DNA of 62,924 bases, the filler included, from Bigelowiella natans CCMP2755 (taxonomy: Eukaryota > Protista > Cercozoa): NCBI GenBank assembly GCA_000320545.1. It is 8 parts of 8 records of this genome, joined end to end, with 100 filler letters (N's around TTAATTAATTAA, not from the genome) between each part and the next. Parts side by side here need not be neighbours in the genome. Positions count along the whole stretch, not along the records: positions 50,058 to 52,480 come from ADNK01003060.1; positions 52,581 to 59,070 come from ADNK01000857.1; positions 59,171 to 61,667 come from ADNK01001424.1; positions 61,768 to 62,924 come from ADNK01002996.1; 4 more parts are not named here. The stretch is one strand, 5' to 3'. The stretch's first letter is position 1; each line of letters starts with the position of its first letter. Positions 51,354 through 62,924 of the stretch are shown here, piece by piece. Both the position numbers and the translations under genes were made by a program. The notes under the pieces were generated by a model. That model was given only the letters and a program-made list of their open reading frames with translations. It had not been told where the DNA came from and made no database searches.

Positions 51354-51907
51354 TTAGAGACGAGAACGAAGCTTACCGCGATGGACTGAAACAGCAGAAG
51401 AGATGCCATCATTTGTATCATCTCTTGGTCTTCCAAGGGCAAGAATTCGCATCGCCTCATATCGCCTAAAATATGATTCCAAAGCAGTAATTTTATCGAT
51501 AAGAAAACGATGTGAAACAAACAATAAGATAATGAATGAACTGACGAATGGCGAAAGCAGCTGCTCGCTTTGCATATAAATAAATACATAAACACGACTC
51601 TTGCTGACTCTACGATAAAACGCCATCATACGTACCAATCACACGGCACGACAAAAAAACAAAAAATTAAAAGAAAATGTAAGCTAGCAAAACAGCATAG
51701 GAAGCGCTCATGCATGAGTACCGTTGCGGTGTAAAGGTGCTATCAGAAATAGATGCAAGCTTGGCCTTGAACCCCTCCCCCCCTCCCCTCAACGATCCTT
51801 TGCCGTTGTCCTGCACAAACCCCATCACGTATAAACGAGCAGCTAATAAGTCCTCCTCACAGCTGCTCCATTCGGCATGCTCGATCATGCACGCAGCGCA
51901 GAAGATC
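51354..51907 (-). CDS. C-terminus of a PTS1 (-SRL) protein, possibly an AidB/ACDH-11-like acyl-CoA dehydrogenase
   Basis: Two in-phase exons: IFCAACMIEHAEWSSCEEDLLAARLY..TPQR|RYEAMRILALG..GKLRSRL*. The family call rests on recalled similarity of the IEHAxWS segment only. Confidence 0.45.
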
Positions 51908-52767
51908 TGCAAAGGGAACCGTCGTTGATCGACGAGAATGGTTGTTGTGGGATGATGGGTAGGCGACAAGAGGAGGGGGGGGAGAGGGGGGGGGAGAGGG
52001 GGGGGGGTTAGAGGTCAGGAAGGAATGGCGATAGGGATAAAAGTTTGTTTAAAGAAAGGATCGCTCTCTATCTTTTCCATTCTACTCCCCCCCCCTTTCT
52101 TTTTCTCTCTCTCTTTCTCCCTCTCTCTTACTCAGAGTATATGTGCGGGTGTCCCCTAGTGATGACGTACGGCTCTGCGCAATTGGTGCATACTCATCCT
52201 CATCGCCAGATCCGCGCACATGATGAGGCTGCTACTTTTCCTGATTGCGACACCCTCTCTGTTTCCCCCTCCGGAAGCGCATACGCGACCGCCTAATCTC
52301 CCTGAGTGCGTATGGACATCACGTACCAGTTCTATCCGTTCTTTTGGCAAATCTCCCCCGATTTCGAGACTGGCTCGACAGTGGGGGGTCTTTCTCTAAG
52401 TCACTGCGCTTTGTTCGAATCGAAAGTACTTGATTTCCGCTTTCAAATTGCAGGTTTTTCCCCTTTACCGATTTTGGGCGNNNNNNNNNNNNNNNNNNNN
52501 NNNNNNNNNNNNNNNNNNNNNNNNTTAATTAATTAANNNNNNNNNNNNNNNNNNNNNNNNNNNNNNNNNNNNNNNNNNNNAGGGGGCTTGTATTCAAGGG
52601 CGACAATAGTAGAAGAACAGAGGGTAGTGTGGTGCCCTCTCTCTCCTCCTCCTCTCCTCTCTTTCCCTACATATTCTCTGCAGCATGCATACATTTGATT
52701 GTACGTCGTCGATTTGTCGTGTGGATGTGTGCTCATAATACCATGCCATAATGCGTTACATTACAGC

Positions 52768-52987
52768 GGGATGACGGACAAGCAAGGAAATCAGGTCGAA
52801 ATTTGATCGCAGCCGTATCATCACCACCCTCCCCCTCCTCCTCATCATCATTATCACCATTAGCATTACTCATCATCAACTACCTCGGTTCCAATATACA
52901 TTGTGCTGCTACTGCTGTATTTCTAGCTATTTATTGTGTGGATCGATGATCTCCACCGGCAGCCTCTCTAAATAACTATCACAACCC

Positions 52988-53024
<37 letters not shown>

Positions 53025-55915
53025 TGTGTGTGTGTGTTTGTGCAGGTCTTGACGGCCGCGGACGACGTGGAGAAGGAAGTGGAAGGAAGAACCTCGTCGG
53101 CAAAGGAAGCGAAGAAGAAGAAAAGGAAAAAGAAGAACAAGGCCAAGAACAAAGGAACTAAGACCGGTGCGGGCGAGGGATGCGGGCATCAACAGGCGAG
53201 TGCCGGAGCCGTAAAACACCCGGATAAAACCCATCGAAATGACGATGACGACGACGACGACGACGATGGGATTGGAAATGCTTCCACTGATATTAAGTGG
53301 GTGAGGGAAGAGCTTCACAGGTGAGGGGGGAGGAGGGGGAGGAGGAAGGTGACGGGAAACAATTATCCTGAACCTTGCACACATAAAATGGGGCCTCATT
53401 AATGCAGCTTTCTTCGTTACGATTAGATCTTGTATCGTCGTCGTCATCGTCATTCGTCGTTTATTGCGGCTGTGTTGGTGCGGTGCTCTTAGTACACCTG
53501 GCGGTGCAATACGAATACACCCACACAACAATAACAACAACATCGGCATCATCGTCGTCATCGTCACCATCATCACCATCGCCATAAAGGTGGATATTCA
53601 ACAATGTCTGGGCAAAGTTTGACCGTGTGCGCAAGAAGCCAGAGAGGATATACGGAATGTTCACAGGGTATATTACGTGTTTTTATCCTAGTTTTGATAG
53701 TAGTGGTGTTAGTTCTTGTTGTTGATATTGTTATCGTCGTTATCATCATCATCATCATCATCATCATCATCTTCACCATCTATACACACACACCATATCC
53801 GCATGATCATATAGGTACTCCTGCACAGCCTTCACGGTCCACAGGGCCTTGCAGCGATGTGGTGTGTGAAGAATGGGGTTAAGAGGATAAGGAGGAGGAG
53901 GATAAGGAGGAGGAGGAGGAGGAGGACGGAAAAGAGGATGATAACACGATAGAGCTTACGCGTAGAGAAGGGGGAGAGAGGAGCAAGATAATGACACTGA
54001 TGATGAGAAGTGTGAGTGCAAAATAGAGACACAACCGAAGAAATCAACAGCATATGGTATTACTGTTATCGTCTCTCCTTCCTCTCCCCTCCCCCTTCCT
54101 TGTCGTCGAAGGCATTTCAGGGAAGGATATTGCTAGTAAGATTCCCGGGTGGGAGCGCAAGGATCTTCATCAACTGGTAGCTGCTAACTAACATTTGCAG
54201 TGAGCAGTGATGGTGAAATCGATCTTTTTCCTCGTTCACCCTCGTCCTTCGACTTGCTCTAATGTCCGTTTCTCTCGCCTTCTTGCGTTGTGATGCTTGT
54301 ATTGCTACGTGCAGTTGTCACTTCTCTTCTTCTTCTCCTTCTTCTTCATCATCATCATTATCATCAGTATCATCATCATGTTCTTCATGCTCTTGTTCTT
54401 TGTCTGCTGCTGCTGCTGCAAGGTTGCTCATTTCCTCCGGATTCGATTCCCATTGCTCCTAGCCCTAAACAAAGCTGATACTAAAGTAATGATAGTCGTC
54501 AAGTGATGCAGCAGCAGCTGCTGCTGCTGCTGTGAGCAATTGTTGCTGGTGCCGTCGCGTTCGAAAGCCAGGGCAACGAGTAGGTGTAGAGCTCTGCACG
54601 CACGCGTCCATGCACGCACCGTGCAATAATCCTCGCAATCTCATTGATGCTGTGGGACAGGGCGCTGAGGAGAGGGCGCAGAAGGTGCGGAACGCACACC
54701 CGGGCGAGATCGTAGTCGAGATCTCAGCAAGAGCCGAATGGTTGGTGTCGTTTCACGGCCGACTTGAGAAGCAACACGGAGAGTAGGAGGGGAGGGGCAA
54801 GGAGGGATAACCAGCCTGAAAGAAAAAGAAGATCTCATCTCGTTAAACCTCAATCGATTGACAACTGCAACGATGTTCACCCGGTGCTGACGATGCGTTA
54901 TTGCTGTGCTCATGGGAAATCAGGAAGATAAGAAAGAACGTGCGAAAGGGTAGGTTAAAGCCGCACCTCCGTGGGGCGACAACGCCACCCAAACTGGCCG
55001 CGAAGTTCCTGACCGAAGGTAAAGGAGCTAAGCTCGAAAGATGGGCCTCGAAGTTACAGCCAATGTTCAGCAGAATCAGCGGTACGACTCCTTTCTGGCA
55101 AAACCCTTCAGATTTCCTTTCGTCTACGAGCGCCGTTTGTTTGATGAAGGAGGAGGAGGAGGAGGAGGAGGAGGGGGAGAAGATGAGGCCGAGGCTTTTC
55201 TTTATTTATCTGCTCATTTGTTGATTGATTTCATTTGTCCTCTTCTTATTCCTTATTGCTGTTCCCCCCCCCCTTATCTTCTTCTTCTTCTTCTTGTCAT
55301 CGACCATCGCCATACGTTGGTGAAGGTACTGGAGTCCACAGCGCCATAACACAAGCGGTAGCAGTAGAGACAAATAGCTTCTTCTAATGTCGTGTGCTAC
55401 ATCGTCATCAATTGAATATGATGAAACGTCTTGTTGCCACTCCATCTACTCTTCGTCCTCCCCCTCCTCCTCCTCCTTTTCTTCCTTATCATCATCATCA
55501 TCATCATCATCATCATTTTCTTCTTCTTCCTAATCTACGCAGGTGGAGATGGCCAACCCTGTACTCATCTATCCCGTTGTCGACCTCACGACATGCTTCT
55601 CGTCAACTATTAGCAGCAGCAGCACCACCACCACCACCACCACCACCAACAACAACAAAAACAATATCAGCACAACAGCTCCTTCAGCAATTACCCCAGC
55701 AGCAGTAGATAGGACGAGTACCGATGCTGGCGTCGAGAGCTCATCAGCAAGACTCTGCGGTGGTAGAATACTTGAGCATTGCGTGCTAATGAGACCGGGG
55801 AGCAGCGTCGAAGACCTGTACACGGCACTCAAACGTCCCCCGTATAGCCTTATTGACGGCGACTACATCCGCGCAGAGAGCCGTGTAGTAGCCGCCGCGG
55901 CCACAACAACAACAA

Positions 55916-55955
<40 letters not shown>

Positions 55956-56205
55956 GAGAAAGATTGTTGGAGTGAAGAATCATGATAATTCTTCTCCACC
56001 TGCTCCGGGGACGGAGACAAAAACGACGATGATCACGAGAGATTTAGTCGATAACGTGGTTGCTGCGACGAAAGTGAGCGTGCTTAAGAAGACGGATGTG
56101 CTCGACCACACTAAATCAGTGATTAAGATCATGACTAACAAGAAGTCCAAGTGGCAACACGAAGCGAGGGCGGCCGCTGTGGCCGCGGCGCGGATGAAAA
56201 CGTAG
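52768..56205 (+). CDS. Obg-family GTPase, Ygr210-like, with C-terminal TGS-like domain; 5' truncated
   Basis: DIKWVREELHR|WIFNNV, FLRIRFPLLLALNKAD (G4), ISARAE (G5-like) and CVLMRPGSSVEDLY..GDYIRAE..VIKIMTN. Confidence 0.75.
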
Positions 56206-56975
56206 CTGCCACTACTTCTGGAACCTTTTTTAACAGAAAGTTAACGTGTTTATGTCAAAGTCGGTGAGAGACATGCACGAAATGTATAAATTGATCAATC
56301 GTGGAAGCAGAGACAAATTGTAATGATTAGTTTTTCCAGTCGTTTCTAGGTTTGTGTGTGGTGTGCAATGTTCGTATTCGTTAATAATGCCAATGCAGCA
56401 TAATTGAATGATGAAGAGACAATTTAGTCAATGCATACTACGTACAGCCTTAGATATATCTTCCGAATTGAAAGAAAAATGACGCACTGGCGCGCACGCA
56501 GCAATGCAAAGAACAGCTAGAAAGCGAGAACGCTATGTCGCATTCTGGCACGCAACATATATAGATTTATAAGAACAGTACCAACGCAGATTTGTCTCTT
56601 AGGAGTTATATTTAAACTATACGCACGATCTAGCGATGTAGTTTAACAATGGTATCGTAATGCGCATACACTTATGCGTAATGCTTGCACACGCGGCGTA
56701 TACTTTTCAAGTTCAGACACATATTAATGATAGTATTGCTAGATTGCTTTGCAGACCATGTGCCGCTCCGTAATACATATTATACTCTACACACATGCAT
56801 TCTTGCGTCTATGATTTAATTTTAGAACGCCAACCTTATTTGGTACAATTTTGTGTGTAGCAGACACATAAATGCCTCCCAATGCGGGTGGCGACATAAC
56901 TTAACGCTGTGCAATTATCGCAACGGATGTAATCTAATCACAAATGCCCTCCACAAATATTGGTAGCTTCTGGCG

Positions 56976-57351
56976 CTACTCTGGTGATTTCTTGACGTCC
57001 GAGTCGATCGTCAAGGCGTTCTGTTTAAGAGCATATTCAGGCATACGTTTGGAAGAAGCAGCAGAGGAAAAATCAACATTGCTCGAAGCTGCAGTTGTGA
57101 TAAAGGGAGATTTATTATAGTGTAGCAACCTGTGGCAGGTTGACTTCGGACCCATCTGCAGCCCGTTTTAATCGATACCAGTTTTCCCCGCTCTAGGCAA
57201 AAAGGAGAGGGGGGAAGGGGATTAGGAGATGGAGCGGGATTGAAAGGGCCGTTCGGACGAGAATTATACGATATGGTGTTTGGTGTTGGGGGAAGTAGCG
57301 AAAGAGCGCAAATGATACAGAAAATCTTACTTTTTGGTTGGTATTGGTAGG

Positions 57352-57410
<59 letters not shown>

Positions 57411-58001
57411 AGTGCAACAGGCAGCGCTAGTACACCTTATTATGCACCCAGGCTCTTATTATCTCCGCCGATGAGGTGTTACCCTCGGCTGTAATGCATA
57501 CAAAAAGCCCAGCTTGGAACAGATTGGCCTCCTTCTGACTCTTCTTCTTTTTCTTCTTCTTATCCTTCTTCTGCGCAATCAACCGAACAATTACCAGGGA
57601 GACCATGATATATGTTGCTTTGCGTACGATGTATGCGGTGTGTGTGTGTGTGTGTGTGTGTCGGTGCGCGTGTGAGTTGTGAGCGCGGTTCTCTACTGTT
57701 CATCTACATTTTGGGTGGTAATCGGCTACGTCGTTGTTGATGATGATAGTAATGATGCCGATGGTATTCATCAATCGCTATCACTCCTCAATGCGTTATG
57801 TGCCTTGATTGGGGCTGATTTCTCTTCCTCCTTATCTGCCTATCTAACAACCCACCGACCTTCTTGCGGTTTTTCTTCGGTTTGTTGGTCTTCGACTCGA
57901 GCGCTGCGCCGGGATTTTCCTTCCGAAGCTTCCGTTCTTCAGCACTCAGTAGCTTCGTTGGCTGTGTGCATTTATTGGGTGAACGCATGTGGGTATGTGT
58001 G

Positions 58002-58038
<37 letters not shown>

Positions 58039-58208
58039 GTTTGTGGCTTCTCTGTGTGTTAGAGAGGAGCAGCTGCAAAGTCTTCGTTCATTCGAGACGA
58101 CTTTCTCCCTCCCCCTCCTCCTCCTCCTCTTACTACAACTACTACTACCAAAACTATAATCAGCACCTCTGCGACAACGACAATCTGTCTACTGCCGGAC
58201 CTATGACT

Positions 58209-58242
<34 letters not shown>

Positions 58243-58521
58243 CCGCTGCTGCGAAACCCCATAGACCATCCTCAGGTCCTCACTCCATTCTTGAAAGTCG
58301 GTCTTGGAGAAAGGCAACAAGATGGCCAGGGAGGGGGGAGGGGGGAGGGGGGGCGAATGGCAAATGAATAACGACACCTTTGTTTATTTGGATCCCTTTG
58401 CAGCGCACCACCAATGCTGCATCATTCCCATGTATGCTCTGCCTATTACTACCTCACAGAAAACCATGAAGTTCTTCTCCAATCGAGCTTGAGCGGCCGG
58501 CAATGTCTCGCCCTTTTTATC
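56976..58521 (-). CDS. 3' part of a hypothetical Lys-rich protein
   Basis: Exons DKKGETLPAAQARLEKNFMVFCE, KKDKKKKKKKSQKEANLFQAGLFVCITAE, ERGKLVSIKTGCRWVRS and a last exon ending KKSPE*; the last three are phase-consistent. Confidence 0.5.
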
Positions 58522-58546
58522 CTAGTGTGAGTCATACCAACACGCA

Positions 58547-58582
<36 letters not shown>

Positions 58583-58761
58583 ACAACCATCCACAACAAC
58601 CACCACAACACTTAGTATACCAGTGGATGGAGGGAGGACTATAGGAGATAATGAGAATGATTGATGATAATTTAGAGTTTCAGTAGAGTCCGTACTGTGT
58701 GTATCCGTTCCTTATTTCATGGGGGCAAATTACGAAGTTTTCAGGATTGCCAGTTCAATGC

Positions 58762-58804
<43 letters not shown>

Positions 58805-58986
58805 GCGTTGGTGAGGGACCTGATGGTTTCCTCCCAATCCATTTTTGCTAGTAGTAGTAGAAGCAGTAACAGGAGTTGTGGCTCTCTTGTTGATGACCGT
58901 ATCAGCTTGTGATCTGTGACATACATGTCACCGAATTGAGGGGGGGGGGAGAAGTAAGCTCTTCTCCGAAGCACACGTGGGTGAGG

Positions 58987-59070
<84 letters not shown>

Positions 59071-59391
59071 NNNNNNNNNNNNNNNNNNNNNNNNNNNNNN
59101 NNNNNNNNNNNNNNTTAATTAATTAANNNNNNNNNNNNNNNNNNNNNNNNNNNNNNNNNNNNNNNNNNNNTATCACTCGTTGAAGCGATGATGATTATGA
59201 TGATGATGATGATGGATGATGATGATGATGATATGCAGCATGAATATGACCCATATTATTTTCAGCAGCAGTTAGGAACAATTACATGATGATTTTACTA
59301 CATCAAGAAAGAGTATGAGTGTTGTGTGTTGTGGGTGAAGTTGCAGCACCTGCTCTAAAATCGTGCTTATCATTGGCCCCATTCCAAAGCT

Positions 59392-59438
<47 letters not shown>

Positions 59439-59469
59439 TCCATACATAAATAAAGTGTGTGTGTGTGTG

Positions 59470-59561
59470 TCAGTATGCAGTTCACTCTTATCATAGTATG
59501 GATTGATATATGTAATCAGTATGCAGTTCACTCTTATCATAGTATGGATTGATATATGTAA
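59470..59561. repeat. Perfect 46-bp tandem duplication
   Basis: TCAGTATGCAGTTCACTCTTATCATAGTATGGATTGATATATGTAA occurs twice. Confidence 0.9.
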
Positions 59562-59755
59562 TCAATAACCAGCAATTGGATGTTGTTGTACCACAACACA
59601 TGTGTATATTAGCACAACGATAATGAATGTATGGGCATGTATTTCGTACAAAACAAGAAAGGAGACGCATCATCATATGCGGACGATGGATGAATGTTCA
59701 GATCTTCTTCTTCTTTTTCTTCTTCTTCTTCTCAACGAATTACTACTTCTACGAC

Positions 59756-61310
59756 TCACCCAGGTAGCTTAACAGCAGCAGCATCATCATCATCATTATC
59801 ATCTCCACCAGCACCGTCCTTGTTGTCGTGAACAACCATCTTTTTCTTCTTCTCTCCTTCATCATTTGCATTGGTAAGAGGAGGGGGTATGAATGATCTT
59901 GACGATAGTGTTGATTCACCATCCTCATTTAGTCCTGTAGACGTGTTGTCCCACCCCCCTTTAGCTGCTGCTGCAGGGGGATGGTGGTATTCCTTCCTTC
60001 TGGGGGCTTGGCAGCTGTGATTATTGCAATCAAAGTATATGTTGTTGCTGATATATTTCCAACTCCTCATCCTCCTCCTCCTCCTCCTTCTTCTCTAGGT
60101 ACAATACTCGCCGTTTTGATTAGATTAACTACCAATAGTGCTACTACTTCTACTACTAGTGCTACTACTTCTACTACTAGTGCTACTAGTACTACTAGTA
60201 GAAGTACATATCATGACCCACCTTGTAACCCATTCCACCACGCAACATTGATCATCGTGTGATAATAATGATGATGACGACGATGATGATGATTCATCAT
60301 CTAAGACCTTCAAACTACCGTTTCTCCCATCATAGTAGCACTCCTCCTCTTGTTCTTCTTCTTTCTCAGAGATGTGACGATGATGACGATGGTGACGATG
60401 GTGATGGTGATTATTATCATTATTATTATCATTATCCAACTGCTGATGATAGCCAATATCTCTATTATTGGTGTTGTTATTATTTTTATCATTATTATAC
60501 GATATACTCAAGTCGGCGGGGTTGATCTGCACTCTCATCATAGCAGGAGAGAAAGAAGGAGGAGGAGGAGGAGGAGGACATGCCCCTCCGCGTCCTTGCC
60601 GCAGCAGCCAATGGGATGATGATGATGATGATAATGAGGAGATTATGTGTGTAAGTCCCCACTCGACGACATCATCATCATCATCATCATCATCATCGGC
60701 GTCGTCGTCGTTTATTATTTGACCATCTTCTTCTTTCTCCTTCGCATCACCATCACCATCATCATGATCATAGCTTTTTTGCCAAGGAAATCTTGTTTTG
60801 TATGGTGTTGCAGGTGATTTCGGTGTGATCATAGTAGTAGCACCAGTACGAGGAGGAGTAGTAGCAGCAAGATTCTCGTTCTTGATCATGTTTGCTGCTG
60901 GTGCTGGTGATGATGATGATGATGATGATGGTGTGTTTTTCTTCTTCGAATCATCCAAAACATCGTCACCATCATCGTCATGATCATCATCATTCTCATC
61001 GCCCCAAATAACATTATATTCAACTACAGGAGGAACTGCAGTACCAGCATACGATGACGACGACGACGACGATGATGATGATGATGATGATGATATCATT
61101 TTTCTTCTCCCCCTCCTTGTTTTCTGGTGGTTCAGAGAGTTGTTATGGGCTGCTGCTGCTGCATCATCATCTTGCGTGGTAGTGGTAGCGGTAGTAGTAG
61201 TCGTAGTATAATCACCATCATCAGGAGGAAATACTTGGGATGATGTTGGTGATGATGCTGATGATGTGAGTGGGTTCCAGGTCGTACTTAAAGGAATCCT
61301 CTCGCCGCTA
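59756..61310 (-). CDS. Hypothetical intrinsically disordered protein (poly-D/S/T/H tracts)
   Basis: Over 1 kb open frame with non-repeat islands (PPVVEYNVIWG, PYKTRFPWQK, MRVQINPADLSI); structure is uncertain. Confidence 0.4.
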
Positions 61311-61365
61311 CGATAGTAAGTAGATCATCATCATGATCATCACGACGGCGACGACGACAACACAT

Positions 61366-61404
<39 letters not shown>

Positions 61405-61881
61405 AATGAGTGCTAATTTACATCAGACGGCTACAAAAATAGTAGCTTTCTACAAAACATACAAAGAATAATCCACGCAACAGACACAGATAATGAGAGA
61501 AAGACACAACGAGTGGGGGGGGGGGGGGGAAGGGGGAGGAAATTGAGGCTGCTGCGGCCGGATTTAGGGCCCATTATCGTAAAATAAATTTGCGGGGGGG
61601 CGGGTGAGTGTCATTCTTCTTCACCCTAAAACACGAAAAATTAGTCAAGGACGTAGTGAGAATAAAGNNNNNNNNNNNNNNNNNNNNNNNNNNNNNNNNN
61701 NNNNNNNNNNNTTAATTAATTAANNNNNNNNNNNNNNNNNNNNNNNNNNNNNNNNNNNNNNNNNNNNCTTTCTAAAGTACCGAGATACAATTGAATTAAC
61801 TCCAAATATAATCCCATCACAGCTATTCATTAACGCGAGTTGCAACCTCTATAGTGGAGTTTGCCCATTCAACTATAACAG

Positions 61882-62546
61882 AGTCGCCTCCGTTTGAGAG
61901 CATTCTGTTGCGTGGGGGGGGTTTAGGAACGAGAAACGATGAGCGGTCGGGTAACATTATGATTGGTCCCCCTCCCTCCTTTGAATGTGTAGGTTTGAAG
62001 GACGGGCCTGCGAAGACCGTTGTGAATCTTCTCGTAGCCTACCACGTCTTGGTGCGAGAGAAGAAGAGAAGAAGAAAAAGGAGAGAAGGGGATGGGGGGG
62101 GGGAGGCACACCCTTGCAAAGCTCAGAACCGAATTCGTTAGTGAGTAGGGTATAAGGAAGAAGTAGGATGCCGATTTAACATCGTCGTCGCATGGCCGGT
62201 GCTATCATGAATGATCTTCCTCCTTCCCCCCCCCCTCAACGAAGGTCGCATACATCATCAATAACGTGCCTCTGGCAGCAATGCTGAAGCGAAGGTAAAA
62301 TAGTGACGCAGTCGATCTCGGGGAGCACGCTGATATCGATGTATTGCTTCCTATCCGTGTGAGTGGTGGTGCCATTGAAAGGCTGCAAAGCGCCAAGCCG
62401 CATGCGCGCCGCAAATATATGCGAGTGTACGAATTCTTAAGCGGTCGCGCATCCCCTCCTTGCATCCAAGCTTTGCTGTTTCTTGCTAGTTAGGTTGTTT
62501 TCTTGTTGTAATGGCTCGATATGTGCATGTGAGTGTGAGCGTGAGC

Positions 62547-62599
<53 letters not shown>

Positions 62600-62924
62600 G
62601 CCTAAGATAATACACATCCATCCAGGTATATGAAAGGAGCTCAAACAAGTCTAACCAACGTAGTGCTGCTTGTCTTTTACCTTACGAATCTGAGAGTGTG
62701 TGAGAGAGGCGGGGGGAGGGGGGGGGGGTAAGTGGAGAAGCACTGTTTCATGTTCGTCGCGGCCTTCGATACGAAGAGTTGTTTTTCGCATGATTAGTCT
62801 TGGTAATAAGAAGATTACCTTTGTTTTTGGCTGTCTCTTACCCCCCTTCCCCCCCCCCCCCTCCCTCGCCCTCTCCTCCTTTTGCTTTAGCAATTCCCGC
62901 CCCCGATCAAGAACGTGGTTGGAA
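61882..62924 (+). CDS. Fragment of a membrane protein, possibly an amino acid/auxin permease (Aa_trans)
   Basis: In-phase exons GLKDGPAKTVVNLLVAYHVL|VAYIINNVPLAAMLKR resemble a TM segment of Aa_trans permeases; short fragment only. Confidence 0.35.

Noticed and set aside
51960-52480. Upstream exons of the -SRL gene
   Set aside because: No phase-consistent exon found; the G-rich tract at about 51970-52007 may be a misjoin.
11937-61767. Repeated TTAATTAATTAA motif within N runs
   Set aside because: Artificial concatenation linker; adjacency across linkers has no biological meaning.
1536-62600. Microsatellites of near-uniform length (about 30 nt) and G/C runs of about 15-16 nt
   Set aside because: Uniform lengths point to k-mer collapse in assembly. 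ORFs built from them (poly-IY, ER, LS, HT, M) are intronic noise.

Overview
This is intron-rich eukaryotic nuclear DNA with GT-AG introns of about 50-600 nt, full of microsatellites. It is probably a protist or alga; the lineage cannot be fixed from sequence alone. It is not one locus: seven identical 100-nt artificial linkers (N44-TTAATTAATTAA-N44) join eight contigs. Most ORF-track entries are intronic noise, so genes were rebuilt by hand from splice phases. Recognisable genes: a signal-peptide + LRR + tubulin-tyrosine-ligase-like (TTL) fusion, an ankyrin-DHHC palmitoyltransferase, a USP deubiquitinase, probable mL50, an intronless PTS2-bearing SDR, a WW-less Pin1-type parvulin head-to-head with a cyclophilin, Tim10 head-to-head with a vanin/biotinidase-like amidohydrolase, a long coiled-coil protein, the 3' end of EF-Ts, a possible peroxisomal acyl-CoA dehydrogenase end and a Ygr210-like Obg GTPase. 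The strongest unexplained signal is two sharply bounded, repeat-like non-genic blocks (about 20900-21990 and 32767-33600). TpA is almost erased in them while CpG is kept, and their internal repeats differ at TA/CA/TG/CG sites. This suggests targeted TpA-specific A>G (T>C) hypermutation, opposite in polarity to fungal RIP. One block carries a long heat-shock-element-like array. All dinucleotide counts are hand counts.
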